Position numbers and translations under genes: made by a program. The notes under the pieces were generated by a model. The model did not search any database and was not told where the DNA came from. It worked only from the letters and a program-made list of their open reading frames with translations. A stretch of 63,486 bases of DNA, filler included, from Platydemus manokwari (lineage: Eukaryota): NCBI GenBank assembly GCA_037951405.1. It is 6 parts of 6 records of this genome, joined end to end, with 100 filler letters (N's around TTAATTAATTAA, not from the genome) between each part and the next. Parts side by side here need not be neighbours in the genome. Positions count along the whole stretch, not along the records: positions 1 to 11,968 come from JBBMOY010373333.1; positions 12,069 to 21,324 come from JBBMOY011276984.1; 4 more parts are not named here. The stretch is one strand, 5' to 3'. Below, piece by piece: positions 1 through 15,110 of this stretch. Position 1 is the stretch's first letter. Each line of letters starts with the position of its first letter.

Positions 1-3000
1 CTTGATGTTGATTAATTTTGGTGCAGTAAAACAAATTTAGAAATTTTATGGATATTTGTGGTATTTTTGAAAAAAAAATTTATATTAATTTATTCTTATT
101 TTTAGTTAGTTTGGTTGGCTCAAAATGGCCTGGTTAGTTCCCCACAATATATTTGGATCTAGAATCATAAATAGCCTTTTCCAATTTCTTCACTAATTTA
201 GAATTTAACCTAAACTTAAACACCTATGAATTGAAACGCCATTGCAAAATTTATTCATCATTTTCAAAAAATATGTTTTCATTTCATTACACTTGATTTG
301 AAATAAAATATCACACAATTCTTGTTCAAATAAATTATTGATTATAGTAAGTGATATATGTGAAATCCCTATATTTAATTAATAAATATTTCACACATAC
401 ATGTTGATGTTAAACCAAATATATATCATTTTGCAAATATGGAATGTTTTCAGATTCTGTGTTCCAAATATTCCTTTATCATGTGTTGTCTGATAAATTG
501 ATTTAGATTTGTAAATCATCTAATGCAATTATAAAGTTATATTTGCTTATTTAATCAAGGAGATTATTGGCTATAGAATTACGACATTTTAGATCGCATC
601 GCGATTAGATTCAGGCTGGAATAACCGGATGTTGAATAACTGATGGCAATTTCATTAATAAAGAATATCATCACTGTTTGGGTGTCAACAGCATACAATG
701 TTGATTTCAAATAGCAACAAATGATAATTTAAAGATGATAAATCCATTGGTTTAATATTGGCCAATCATCATTTAATTTCTCTATTCTTCTATCCCTGAA
801 GAATTCGAAACAGAATTGATTTGGAATTTGCGTGTAATAATAATTATTATTTGATGATAAACAATAGTGTGTCTATTAAATATTTATCCGTGAAACATCT
901 TCAAAATACTGTTAAAACAAATCTGATTTCAATGAATGGTTTTATAAAATGAAAACAAAGAATTGAAAATTCAATATTTATTTATTCGATTCATTTCATC
1001 AATATTTCAGTGCAGTGATGTTGTATTGATTTACAATGTTTAAATAATTGATTACAATAAATATGCTGTAAAGTTTAAAAAATTTGGAAATGCGTAAAAT
1101 GAGTGTAGCAATGATAAGTAACTATATTAAAATATTGGGACTTCACTGTCATTTATTCTTTGATCTTACTTTATTTGATTCTAACAGGTTAACGATAAAG
1201 CTTTATTAAATTATTCGGTGCACTTATAAAGTCATTTTTGTATTTTTAATCGAGGCATTTCAATAGCTATGTAATTACTGTAAATCACTGTATCGGGTTG
1301 GAATACACTTCAAGTTTAGATTATGATTGGTGTTTTATTAAACTGAAATTTAGAAATATAATTTCAGTAAAACACTCCAATAATAATACAACCGCTTTGA
1401 TAAATAAATGCACACTGTCACTGTCCAATCAAATTTCATGACTAAATAATCCAATAATTAATAGTTTCATTAATCAAGTTAGAATAAACTGGTGTGAATT
1501 ATATGAATCTGATAAACAGGACCAAACGAGACTCTGTTTTGATGAATAAATGAACACTATAACCGACCGCTCACTATAAATGTTATCTTTAGAGGCAAAA
1601 CATGTTTTATCAAAATAGCTCATCTATTGAAAAACACAAGCTCTGCCAATGAGATTCATGATCTATTATTAATTCAATATTTTAAAACAATAAATAATAT
1701 TTGATTCAAATTTTATTTTTCTAAACAATATTGACCAATAAGAATATAATTAAAGTTTTAATCAATATTTTTCAGTTTCTTCAAACGGTTTTCTGTCCTC
1801 AAAATATCATTTATTAATCTTTTAGAAATTATTCCAAGACAAACGCTGATTAAAATAAACCTGATCTACAATTATAATATATAAAAATTATAAATGCGAA
1901 TAATCAATATTTTCCGAAACAAATTTCACCTTCATAAATGTTCACATATTCTATAATGAAGTGATTGATGTAATCGTAAATGAAGGCATATTGATCCTGA
2001 AAAAAGGAGTTAAATTAGTATTAATGAATAATAAGATATTCAATTGATAAACTATCGATTTTCCATTTAAAATGCAATTTATTAATTTTTAGGCAAGAAC
2101 CTATCTAATAAATACGTTTCCCAGAATATAACAGCAATTTATTTAATATTCAAAACTCAACTTTATAATCAATAAGAGAAAATTAATTGCTTCGTCATTT
2201 CTTGTATCGTAATATGTCAGTAGCTAAGTTGTTCAGCGTTTCAATTTCTCAATATCTTAATTGTTTTATATTCTAATGCGCCGACGTGGGGTCAGCAGTC
2301 AGCAGCTATAAAACAAATATTATTTAACTTTCTCCTAAAAATATTTTTTGTTGGAGATATGATAACAATATTGATTTATTTTTATTTTTATAATTATTAG
2401 AGTATTCAAGTGTATATGTTCAAGTGTGTGATGTATAATTTTATGTCTGACCATCACCTGATTTGTGCTCTAATTTTTATTATTCTATTTTGTCACAATA
2501 AATGTTTTACTATTTATTTTTTTATGGGAAATAGATGAAATGAAAATAATTATATTTGATTAAAAATAATAATAATAAAATATATTCGATCGGATAATCA
2601 AATAAGATCAATATTGATTTATCAATAATAATTCCAATAGAAAACATAAAAAACACATAAAGCTGATAATGGAAATGGATTCAAATAATAAATAACAGTA
2701 TCAATAAAATGTCACCCAGTAATGGATTATAATCCTCTTCCGAAAAACCCAGGAGAGAAATAGAACATTAAACAATAAGAATAAAAAATAATTCCATAAA
2801 ATTTCCAAATATAACTCCTGAATAATAAATTATAATAATTTTTCTAAAAATAATAGAAAAAGGAGTTCAATTAAAGAAACTTTTGCCATTTTATAAACAT
2901 ATAAACATTTGCAAAAATTCTATGCATCGATTTCCAATAGCCAGAATTAGATGATTAGCAAATTCGCGAGTCAGGTTCTATACCGAAGTTACCAGAATGG

Positions 3001-4235
3001 CTTGCAGGATCCAGCGTTTATTATATACTAAGACCATGGATCTAAGTAAGCGTTCCTCACATTTAAATAACCAAAAACTGTATTCGGTTGTTATATTTCT
3101 TATTTATCTAGCAGACCCTCACTATCTTAAATTTGATGGATTTGAAGTATATTTTAAAAATAAGATAAATAATCAAAATTATAAAAATTTGAGTTAGAAG
3201 ATATTTTTAAAAAATTACATTGAAAACAAATATGCCCCATTAATATTTATAAAATAATCTTGCTTAAAAAATTATTGTTAACTGCTTAATTTTAAAAAAT
3301 TATTAAAATTAGTTAAATTACTAAAAGTAATTTTAAATAAAAAATAAATATGTGAGCATTTTCATCTAATTTAAAAAAGAAGAAAAATCAGATGGAAATA
3401 AATTTTAAATATTTTGAAATTTGTATAAAAATGGATGTATTGAAAATATATTATTTTGTTCTGGAGAAAACATGACTTTCGATTTAACACCATTGTTCTC
3501 TTATAAAATAAAGCCACTCAAACAATTTCGTCAATATCGGCTCACCTGCTTTTTGGTACTAGAATCGTTGTTGTCAATGCTAATCGCATTGTCTTCATAC
3601 AAGAGCGAGATCATTTTAAGTGAAAATAAATTGGTAAATATAAGGTCTAATAATACCTTGGGCTTTGAGACTTACAAGATTGATTTAAACGCTCACCAGA
3701 GTAAAGTTATTGAATAATAACAGATATAAAAGGACTAAAAATATAAAAACAACATCGAAACAACGTTCTATTTAGTATTTTATAATCTATGAATTTTGAT
3801 TTTTAGTGTTTTAGGATCTTTGGAAAAGATAATTATTACTTATAAAGGCACTTTAATTATAAGTAATAGTTTATTGTTATAAATAGCTTTTGTCGAGCCA
3901 TGCACTCTTAAGTCAAATATAAGTAATATTTACTTCTTCGCCTTGATTTATTGCTTCCAATATTCGACACGTGGATATTTTGTAGCTATCTAGTTATTCA
4001 GGGAGTCTAATAATTTACTAAATCATTCCATTGCTTTTTAGCTTGGTAAATATTCCAACTCTTATATAATATTATGCTTAAAATTAATTTACTTATTCAT
4101 GAATATAACTACAATTACAACAACTTTCCACCACTAAAACTTTATCATCAATATGAATTTGCTGTAGTGGAACAAATATTCCTTCTGGCCAAAACCTCTT
4201 CAAATAATTAAAACATTAAGATTGCCTTAATTAAT

Positions 4236-7200
4236 TTATGATGATTTTATCAACAATGGAATTACTGAGACTCCTGAGGAGCCAATAAAAATTAAGAATA
4301 AAAACCAAAATCCCATCTATAAATTAATATTATTATTTTAAATATTGATTTATTCAGTAAAAACTACTGAATCTGTATTTTCAACTTTTAATCAGGATTG
4401 AATAAGAAAAAGAAATAACAGCGAAGCAGAGATCAATAAAAATCATCAGATTTCTACTCATCATCATCAAAGGGAATTTATTAATAATAAATTATTATAA
4501 ATATCATTTAATATTTATTTATAACTTTACCCAGTTCTGAACCATAAAATTTCGATATCTTCGTAAATTTAAGACTGTATTGTAAATATTGATTTCCTGA
4601 CATCCGTTTATCATTTGTTTTATAATTCGATCAATGCAAATGAATGTCCCAGTGCTACCGACACCTGCACTGAATGAAGGATATAAAATCAATAAGATTC
4701 ATGACACACATTTCACAGATATTACTTCTTTAACAAGTTATAAATGTCATCCTTAAATATTTGTCAAATTAGGTTTGCTAGTTTGGCGTGTATTTAGATT
4801 TGCACTTCAATTATTTGTGTCATCATAATACACAAATTTTCAAAAAGCTTGTGATTCATTTAATTTTATTGGGGATTTTGAAATATCTAGTCAGTCGATA
4901 GGATCATAAATAAAAATTTTAGTAATCAGGCAAAAATCATTTAAAAAAGAAAAAACTAAAAAATATTTATTTCGCTTGGAATTTATGCTCGAATTTTACA
5001 ATAAATGGAGACATTGTTATGAATCAGTGAATGTCTCAGATTGTCATAAATTTGACTCTCATGGCATAACAAGCAGTGAAATCTTTTATGTCAAGCTTTA
5101 AAGTTAATTTTCGGAATTATAAATTTCATGTCTTGAGCCACGTTTTTTGTCCAATAAACATGATTAGTGTATATTTTAAACCGAATTCAAATGTTGGAGT
5201 ACAAGTTATAAGTTTGTGCGTCTTTCTGGTCAAAATTTAAAATTCTTCTCCCCACTTGATAAAATAGAAACTAAAAGATGATTTATCAATCAATATCAGT
5301 TTGACAATTTCCGTATATTCGAGATTAAAAATCTATCTTTAAAACCGAGTTTACTGTATCGTATCAACTTGATTTATTTATGCTCATATTCTATGATTCA
5401 AGTGGCTAATTCTCATATCTGATAAGATTTCTATTTGTGAAATTTTTCGTAAACAGATAACACAGCTATAATGATAATTTCAGTCTCAAAAAGAACATTC
5501 ATCTTTAATCAATATTGATTAATTAAAAAAATATAATTATTGAATGAAGTTGTTATATTTTACTATCAGATGTTGCCTCTAAATTTTGAAATTAACTAAA
5601 AATAAATTTATTAATTTAATTAAAAAGAATTAATTATTTATTAAAGATATTTTTTAATATATTTCATCATTGATGGTTTTACTTTTAATCAGAACTGGAC
5701 TTTTTTTTATTTAAATTTTACTTTTCTTTCAAATTGAATAAATGAATAAATATCAATAAATTTTTATTTAAAACTCACCAGCAGTGCACCAAATATGGGT
5801 GATGAACACCCTCATTATGAAGTTCGTGAAATCGAAAAAGCATTTTATCAAAATCATCTAAATTTGGAGCCAACTGATCCAGCCAAGTATTCATGTGAAT
5901 CTGTGTGATGTTTCTTTTTTCATTAATTTTCTGCACACATTAATCAAAAAGAGTTATCAAAATCTGAAAAAACGAATACCGCATTTTCTATCACCAGATG
6001 TCTCTCAATGAATGAATATTTTTCATTTTCTCCAACCAACGTAACATTAAACTTGTTCTCATTACCATATCTGACAGATTTATTTATATTATTTGGCCAA
6101 TACTGCACACATCCGTATTTATCTCCATTTGTTGTTCTACACTTCGATAACACAATTCAATTTATTACTCATCAATAATCACCTTGTCAACATGATAACG
6201 CAATTGATATTTTGTTCCCAAATCATTTCCCAAAACTCTGACAAGGTGTCATCCATTGGTCCTTGAGCAGCAATGTATTCAATTTTATAATCATCATTTG
6301 CAAAAGGAATAAAACTAGCATTGATGTAATCACGAGGAAATCCTTTCTCGCCAACTTTAACTCGATTTTGATCAACTTTATCAATAATTAATTTTAAAAT
6401 GATTTAACAAATAAATAACATGGAAGGATGTTTGGGAATCGATTTTTATGTGTATTAATGACATTTGAACCAGTTTCAACAGTTAATGCAAAAGACTTTT
6501 GAATAATCGCGCAGTCAGCTGATAACATCTAACAAGAAAATAAAATATGTAGAATCAAAAATAACTTTATGTTCTTGGAATAAAAGCTCTTTCTTGTTTC
6601 GAATGATATCTGTGTAACACGCAGGAAACTCATTCAAATTAATTGATTTATCACTTTGGCTAGATAATAATTATTTATGATAATTATATTTAAAAATAAT
6701 AAACTGCATTGCTTGTAAAATTGATGTTTGATGAAGTTGTGATGATTGGCTAAAACATGATAAATTGATGTTATGATTTATCAAATCAATACCTCGATTT
6801 TATTTGCGGTGTTTGATTTTCTTTGCTATTACAAGGTTGATTTGAATTATTGTAAATGTTTCCTTCCCTGTCATTTTTCAAAACATTACTATAATACAAT
6901 AAATTCAACAAATAATTTTTATATCATGTCTACTTGTTTAGGTGAAATCGACAATGTTTTATTAAAATTAATAAAGCGGCAACAATGGAACCAGCAAGCA
7001 TAAGAAAAATGATAAGAATGATTGAAATTTTTATGGATAATCTAGAGTGCGAACCGTCATTCGTGTTCAAATGATGAATCCCCATCATGTTGATACCAAA
7101 AATTTCAATCGCATAATATGATAGCATATCATCAAACTCAAAGACAAGATTAAATGTAACATTTCCGATTTTGAAAGTTTGGTTTTTCAAATAATTACAT

Positions 7201-9619
7201 TTTAATAATTGATTTCTGGTATTATGTTGGGATTCTGATAGATATTTCTAAAAATAGAAATCAATAAATAAGATGAAAAAAAGAAATGAAATAAATATCC
7301 AGAAATTTAAATTATTATGTAAAGTGCGTGTATTTATTGAAAACTGTTTTCCAGGATGCATTACAATTTGAAAATTGTGCTGCATCTTTTGGTAATTTTT
7401 AAAATTCTAAAACAAGATATTACATTTGAATCAATAAAATGGTATACAAAGTTTAAATATATATTTTAGGATTTTTTATTATTTATGATTATATGATTTT
7501 AGCAAGTCTCTTGGTTACTGTTTCGAATATGCAATGTGTTTACGTAAAATATAAAAGAAAGGTTCAAACAAAATCAATTCCCATTAATAAGGATGAAAAA
7601 ATCATTAAATAAATATTGTATTGCATTCCTAATAATAAAATATGGAGCAGTCTTCCTTATATCATATAGAAAATATCTTCTAAATTACCTCATTAAGAGG
7701 ATCTACACAATCAGAACACTTCAAATTCATCAAATATATACAAATATTTGATGAATTCTTCAATATTATTATATATTCAAACATTGATCCTTGCATTTCA
7801 TCATCAAGTTTCCAAGATATATTCAATGATTTCTCAGAATGATCAATATTTTCTGTATAATTCGATATGAATGGCTTTTCTGAAATTATTAGAAATATAA
7901 ATTTAATCGATAAATAATTGATAAACCGATTCCAGTGTAGAACTGTTTGATCTCAGAAAACGGTCCAAATTTATCATTATCGTTTGTTTTATTTTGATTT
8001 TCAGCTCTCACTTTGACATTATAAATAACATATCTTTTGAGATTGGTTAATAAAACATTTTGAGATTCTAAAAAAATTGTTATTTTAACTTTTATTTAAT
8101 ACCAATTATTATTTTTAGATATATATATATATATCGTCACCTAATCCATTTGACAGTTTTCCTGAAATAACAGAAATTTTAATAAGGGGACCAATTATAT
8201 AAATGTCTGAGCTTTTATAACTAATCAAACAGTGGAAAGTCATGTGTTTCTCAAAATATTTGATCCTATTTAATTACTAAAGAAGCTGACCAAAATATCT
8301 ATCATATTTTAATGGAAAGCATTAGCATAGTTAAGTCATGTGCTGTTTAAAAAAAAGAAGCAATGAAAACATATACCAATAGCATATTCTATTGCATTTC
8401 TCGTGTCATTGGCGAATCTTGATGTTTGTTGCTAGTTGCTTGTATGCGCCATTCGATTAATGATTTCTAAATATTGACTGATATTTGGTAAGAACCAGAT
8501 TGGTTATTGTCATGTGAGTTTACCAAATCTGTGCGTATTAATCCTTGAGGGAAGTTTTCATATTCTCTGTGAGATTTATTAAAAAATACTGTAAAATTTA
8601 AATTTACATAAGATTACAATTATAAAATTAAAAGATATATAAGATATATCTACCTGTTTCAACAGCAAATATTTGTTCTGTTCCTTTTACTTGATATTCC
8701 AATCGATATATTATCAAACAATTATGATTTAATGAATATTTCCATCTGATCGTTTGATTTGAAGAATATTGATTTTTCACATCTTCTATTTCGACTTTCA
8801 TTGGTTCTAAATATCAATAATATTATCAATGATTTACCAAATAATCCAATTTGATATTATACTAGCAGCAAGTGTAAAACTGCAAATCTCATCTCTCCAT
8901 TTGCTTTCTCCAGCATTGTTGATTGCTGATATGTTGAAACAGTAGCGAGTGCACATTTGTAAATCTGTTATTTTTATTGTATTTTTGAATACCGTTTTTG
9001 GAGAAATATTATGAGAATCTGCTTTTACATGAACAATATATTTATCAGCTTTGCCAAATTCAATTGTTTCAGCTGAATCATTCCAAGACAACTCGATTAC
9101 ATTGATTGATTGTGATATGAGTGAAATGTTTGTCGGAGCATGTGGTTCTTAATATTGAAGATTAAATAATTCGATCAATCATTTGTTTGAATTTTACTTG
9201 CTAATCGAGTTCGAATCGAAATATTTTTCACTTCACCATATGATTCTGCATTACTTAATGATTTAACAACGGGAATGATAAATATAAAATATTCTCTGTT
9301 TTGGTGAAGACCTTTGAAATTCGATTTATAACTAATGGAATCGTTAACGTGTCCAGATTTACATTTTGAATACAATAAATCTAATTTTTTCGAGCGATTC
9401 TAAAAAATGAGTAAAAATTCTACTATTAATCGATATTCGCAATGCATACAGATGAACAAGAATTGCATAACTGTATGTTGTATTGATCACATTGATATTC
9501 CTCATTATAAAGTAATATAATGTAACCAATAATTGTTGTATTGTATAATGGAAGATCCCAATCGAATTGAATAAATTGTGTGCAAATGATTTGGTTTTTG
9601 AGATTTGCACATCCAGTTA
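4236..9619 (-). CDS. Receptor-type protein tyrosine phosphatase, R3-like (FN3 repeats, TM helix, single PTP domain); multi-exon, 5' end not found; probable pseudophosphatase
   Basis: Manual splicing at GT-AG sites gives in-frame exons 6420-6528 (NTHKNRFPNILP), 6183-6375 (FDQNRVKV..DYINASFI..YIAAQGPMDDTLSEFWEMIWEQNINCVIMLT), 5980-6136 (CVQYWP), 5779-5930 (QIHMNTWLDQLAP..YLVHC), 4531-4669 (CAGVGSTGTFICID..LRRYRNFMVQNW) and a probable last exon 4236-4316. TM segment ISIILIIFLMLAGSIVAALLILIK lies in ORF 6930-7190. FN3 exons lie at ~7690-9619 (e.g. LSWND..DLQMCTRYCFNISAINNAGESKW; FDWDLPLYNTTIIGY). Confidence 0.88.
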
Positions 9620-10169
9620 CTGAATTTCAAAATACTTTATAATTCAGTAATGATTAGTCAAATTTTGAATATAAAAGGTATTATAATGAGTTGAAATAAT
9701 AACTTGATTTTAAAACGTCAGGAATATTAATAAGTTATTCTTAAATTCTTTAGAAAATAACTTTTGATTTCTCTTAAAAATCTAATGATGGATTCCAAAA
9801 GAAACTAATAAAACCCCAGACAATACCAAAGAAAGAAGGTCAGATGGATAATGAATTTAAAAGGCTAATAGAAACCCATATCATCTGGCGGCAGTGGTTC
9901 AGTCTGGAAAAAAGTTGGGAAAAGAAGAGAAAGACTTGAGAAAAGAAGAGCTGGTGCGTGGATTTGGATCTTGATTTTCAGATTCAAATAGCAATAAATT
10001 AAATAGTTCTCACTTTGTTTTTTTTGAATATCCTATAAAATTACTGACTTCATTATTTAACTTTCATTACATCATTGTTCGAATATCTTCAGTTATTTTG
10101 TGAATATTTAATTGTATATAAATGATTATATAAGCGCTCAATTTAAATATTCGAAAATTTGATAGAAGA

Positions 10170-11968
10170 AATTCAAACGAAGCTGCGAAGTGGGTGCAAA
10201 ATACAGAAAAGTGGCTATTAATTAATAGTCTCGGTTTACTGCTTTCAGAGAAGGCACGCATTTTGTGGAAAAACTTCAAATTGGAAGATATCACAGAAGA
10301 GTCAGCTAAATCGTGGTTTGAAGATACATTTATGGATATGTTTGTCGAACTGATTGTTTGAGACGGCGTAGAAACAAGATTTGATTTGACACGATGAATG
10401 CATTCGAGATTCGGCTGAAAAAGGTGGCCACAATCGATTCATCACAATTTAACGACAAATATACAGATGAGGAAAGATCGAAACACGCAATGGAAACGAT
10501 CAAGACTAGAAACACGGACAGAATTGGAAGAGCCATCAAGGAATACGGAAAAATATTTATGACTTCGAAATTGGATATAGGCAGAACCAACTTAGTTGTT
10601 TACGATATTATAATTACCGAAAATCCTATTTCGTAGAATCCCAGAAGACAGACAACTTATGCACTTAGAAACAAAAATTGAAGATATGATCAAAAACCTG
10701 CTTGAAACAGGAGTAATAAGACCATGCAAGAGTGCTTGGAATTCACCACTGATCATCGTAGGAAAAAAGGACGGATTTATCCGGATGTGTGTGGATTTTT
10801 GAAGACTCAAAATTTAGTTTCCAATGCAGAAGCTGTTGGATGGATTGATCTTTAAAGGCGTTGTGGTATACTTGGATGATGTGTTAATATACGGAAGAAC
10901 TCAGCAAGAGCATGACGACCTACTAGAAGCCCTGTTTGGACGAATTCAAGAGTGAAAATGAATCCGTCTAAATGAAACACTTATAAAAGATGAAGTAAGG
11001 TTTTTAGGTCACATGGTCAGTTCCGAGGGCATACAGACTAATTACGACAAAATCGAATAGATGAAAACTATACAATGGTTAGAATGATGTCAAAAATGTT
11101 TTTGAAGCTAAAGTCGGCACTCTGTAAGGCACCTATTTTTGGTTACCCCAGACAAAATAGGATATTTTTCTTCGATACGTACCCGAGTTTTCGTGCAATC
11201 GGCGCTGTTCTAAGCCAAGGTACTGAAGAAAGAACAGAAGTAGTTATAACCTATGGGTCTTGATTGCTGACTCGTCACGAGAAAGGATACTGTGTTATCA
11301 AGAAGAAACTGCTGCTTATCCATGAGTATGTTATTTACTTTAGACAATACTTGTACAGGAAGAAATTCATCGCCTCGGACTGATCACAAAGCCCTGATAT
11401 TCTTGAAATCGATACGAAAACCGAGCTCTCAGTTTCAAACATTGATGGCGGCACGGTCAGAATACGATTCATACGGAGAGAATTATATGGATTGTCTAGG
11501 ATCAACGAGACACTATGTTCCCAGTGCAAGACGAGACACGATGAAGCAAAGACGGAAGAGCCGAAACCAAATATTTAGCCCAAATACAAATAAAATCGGA
11601 GATAATGCAGAAAATACAGGAAGCAAACCATAAAGATGCAGAAATAGTGTAGGCATTCAGATTTCTAAATAGTGAAATAACTCTAACTAGCGCGGAATTC
11701 TGGAATAAACATTAGCTTTCGAGAATTAAAGATAAACTGAAGGTGGTCAATAATACGTTGATGCTTGGCGGTTATAATACCGAAAGATTTTGTCGCTCAA
11801 TTTGTCAAGACAATTCACGAGGAGCTCTGCCACTTAGGCTTAAAGAAAACCTTCGCATATTTGAACGACAATTTTTATTGGCCCAACATGTTCAACACCA
11901 CCAAAGAGATACTGAAAGAATGTATTATATGCGGAAATATTGATCAATCCAGAACTAAGGAGTTTATG
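10170..11968 (+). mobile_element. Degenerate Ty3/Gypsy LTR retrotransposon pol remnant (RT, RNase H, integrase Zn domain)
   Basis: Fragments SAWNSPLIIVGKKDGFIRMCVDF, VVYLDDVLIYG, FRAIGAVLSQG, RTDHKAL and HEELCHLG..YWPNM..CIIC occur in RT-RH-IN order, with frameshifts and stops. Truncated by the gap. Confidence 0.9.
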
Positions 11969-12068
11969 NNNNNNNNNNNNNNNNNNNNNNNNNNNNNNNN
12001 NNNNNNNNNNNNTTAATTAATTAANNNNNNNNNNNNNNNNNNNNNNNNNNNNNNNNNNNNNNNNNNNN
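11969..12068. other. Assembly spacer (N44-TTAATTAATTAA-N44)
   Basis: 100-nt N run with a central 12-mer giving stops in all six frames; identical at all five gaps. Confidence 0.97.
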
Positions 12069-13079
12069 ATTAAATTTATTCATTGAAATACAAATTTTAA
12101 CTCATTTTTGTAAAAGCCGGAATCATACTAATACACCTAATATTTTATATCAAATAAATATTTGGCGAATTTTCAGAACTAGGCTTTTAAAAATTGAAAT
12201 TTCTATCTTAGATTCATTGATTTTCACGATGACCAGTGAATTAATACTATGAATTCTTTATTATTTATTGGTGCAATTGAAACTATCTAAACAATGTGTT
12301 CTCTATATCATGTCCGTTAATTTCCTCGCTATTTAAAGAATTTTGATCAAATTTCATTGAGGAATTTGGAAACATATGAGGAAAAATGTAACCTAAACAT
12401 AGCTCTAAACGTACCATGAGAAAACCATTCTATCTGAAATTATAAAGAAATAGCGAAGCACTTATATATTAATTATATAATGTCACTATTATGTTAACAA
12501 CACAAAGTTTTGACAATCTTTTCCTAGAAACAGTTCGGATGTATATAAACAATCAAAGAATACAATTTTTCAAAGCCAATATATCCGAATATATCAACCC
12601 AATTTTTAAATTATAAAGAATTTCTGTAGTAATGGATATGTTAATATGAATTCAAAATGCAGTGGGGACATATATCCAAAGATCTGCGACATGTCAATAA
12701 AATATTTTTGGGTATGAATTCATGATAAATTAGTAAATGCTGGATTCGAGTTTTGGTCTTATGCTGGCTAGTAGAAATAACTATGTCTTTAGGTGGACTA
12801 TTTTGTCGAAATTGTTACAGATTTTAATCAGCAAACCATCACAGGCATTACATGCATAAATAAATTCAAAAGAAATGGACGTCATCATATTCAATTTATT
12901 TATTTTTAAAGATGTAATAATAATAATTTTTTTTAAAAAAATCATATTTAAAACAATGCCTGGCTATTGATGATAATCATCAGTAAATAATGCAAGCTAT
13001 TATAAATCAACTAATTCAGATATATTTCACAAAGCAATATCATGCCTTATTTATCATTATCAAACAAATTAAAATTTAC

Positions 13080-15110
13080 CGGGAATATGAAGGATAAATG
13101 ATGGGAGGTTTCGTTGCCTTTGGATAAATATTCATCAAATCAATCAATGCTTCATGCAAAAGATCATAAACGACTTTACAGCAATTTCTCGTGAGTATAA
13201 AGATAAAAGGCTTAATTAAAAAATAAAGATGAAAATATTATGATCGAGTTACTCAGAGATTTACTTTTATTTCATCTCTAACATCTAAAAATGCCAAATG
13301 CTTCGCAAGGAAATGTTTGATACTGGATAATTTGGACTTAAATATAGAGCTGTCGAATTGAAGATGATTGGATAATGATTGTAAAGTATCTGCGATTTGT
13401 TTCCGAACGAATTCTGAAATAACCAATTTTAATTATGCCTTAATAAATCATCAACCAACCATTTTCTTTAAGAAACTTTTCGTACTTTTTGGTAACTTTT
13501 TTGAAGCTTATTAAGCAAGCCTGAAAGCCATAGATCTCAAACATGTGCCGGGCATAAATTAGAATTTTGAGAGAAGTGATTAAAATATTTTCATATCCGG
13601 TTTTAACTAAATTTCACAGATGAAAGATATACATTTTAATAATATATCGATAAAAGAAAACCGGAAACAAAAATTTTAAATAAAAATAAAAGAAATAAAA
13701 ATAAAGATATTATAAACATGAAAAATAATAACAATAATAATAATAACGACAATGATATCAATAACCATAGCAACAATCACAATAATGACACAAATAGATA
13801 ATAATAAATAATACGAGCAACAGCAATATAAACAAAAAATAGTAGCAATAATAATATAAGAGATACTTTGAAGGTGAACAAAATGCAATTAATACAGATG
13901 AACACGCCAATCAATAAGTGATAATGAAGTTGAATGAAATGGCCGCGGGTTCGAGTCCATCAATTAACGAATTATAAAATGATGAATTCGAGGTCCAATG
14001 TGATACTGATAATCTGATAGAACTAAGAAAATGATCCAAACGTGACATATAGGCAAGGATTGGTAACAGTTTGATCAGTAAACTATTATCACCTTTACAA
14101 ATAATAATTTCTTATTATAAATATATATGAGATGTAATAAAATATATAAATACATTAAATATATTATTTTCTCGAAGAACTAAACTAAAGACCCCACAAC
14201 AAAAAATGTCTTGTGTAACTTCTATCTGTATTGATTTCTCTCTAATATTTTTTTTATCGAATATTATCAAAATATTATTTTTACAAATTTAAAAATTTAT
14301 GTAACCCAAGTTATAAATACAATCAAAACATTTCAGAGTTGAGAAAACTATAAGAATTACTGTTTAAAACTTATTTGGATTTTTCAAAGACTCTTGTATT
14401 ATTAAAGGAAAATAATTCACCTTTTATTGTTCGAAATGTATCAATGGTCATATTGAAGAAATGTATTTTAACATCAATAACTCCCACTGAATGCAAATAT
14501 CGAATTTTATCATCAGAAACTTGTTTGATAATCTTCAATATGTGTATTTCTTGATCTGTATAAAATATTTTCTGAACATGTACAACAAACATATGATCAT
14601 ACCTGATAGTTTATAATAGATCTCAAAATTATGTCGAGCTAGATTAAAAAGATTAGATTTAATTAATAAATTGTTTCATAAAAGTCACTCTATAAAACTA
14701 AAACATTTTATATAATATTCATGAATGAATGAATATAAATCTGAACTGGTGTTGGAACACAAAAAGCTAGAGATCTTTAATTTCAACAGCAGTCGAGACT
14801 TTAAATTTCTCAGCAAATTACTAATTTTATTACTTTCTTGTTAACTCAGAGAAGATTTCTTCCATTCTTATCCAAACTTATATTCGAAATAATAAATCTA
14901 ATAAATGATCTTGTTGATCTCATTTCGTCAATGTTACATGAAAAGAATTCATTGCATATCTTATGTATTGAAACATTAAAATTTGACAAAAAATTGACTT
15001 GGTAAAGCCATGCTTCACTGACTTTGTATGACTTTCCATTTCACCAGGTTTTATTGTCATGTCATACACATGTTCAGCAAAACCTCGGATAAAAAGGTAC
15101 ATATTCAAAG
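13080..15110 (-). other. Cluster of exon-like coding segments of unknown product (orphan gene or pseudogene)
   Basis: Several open segments have plausible acceptors or donors (e.g. ~13081-13190 ending ..IIYPSYS/GT, ~13250-13412, ~13900-14092, 14371-14602, 14920-15108). I found no recognisable domain and no consistent splice model. Confidence 0.3.

Noticed and set aside
13676-13888. Very hydrophobic Ile/Val-rich ORF
   Set aside because: It is the reverse strand of degenerate (AAT/AAC)n low-complexity DNA.
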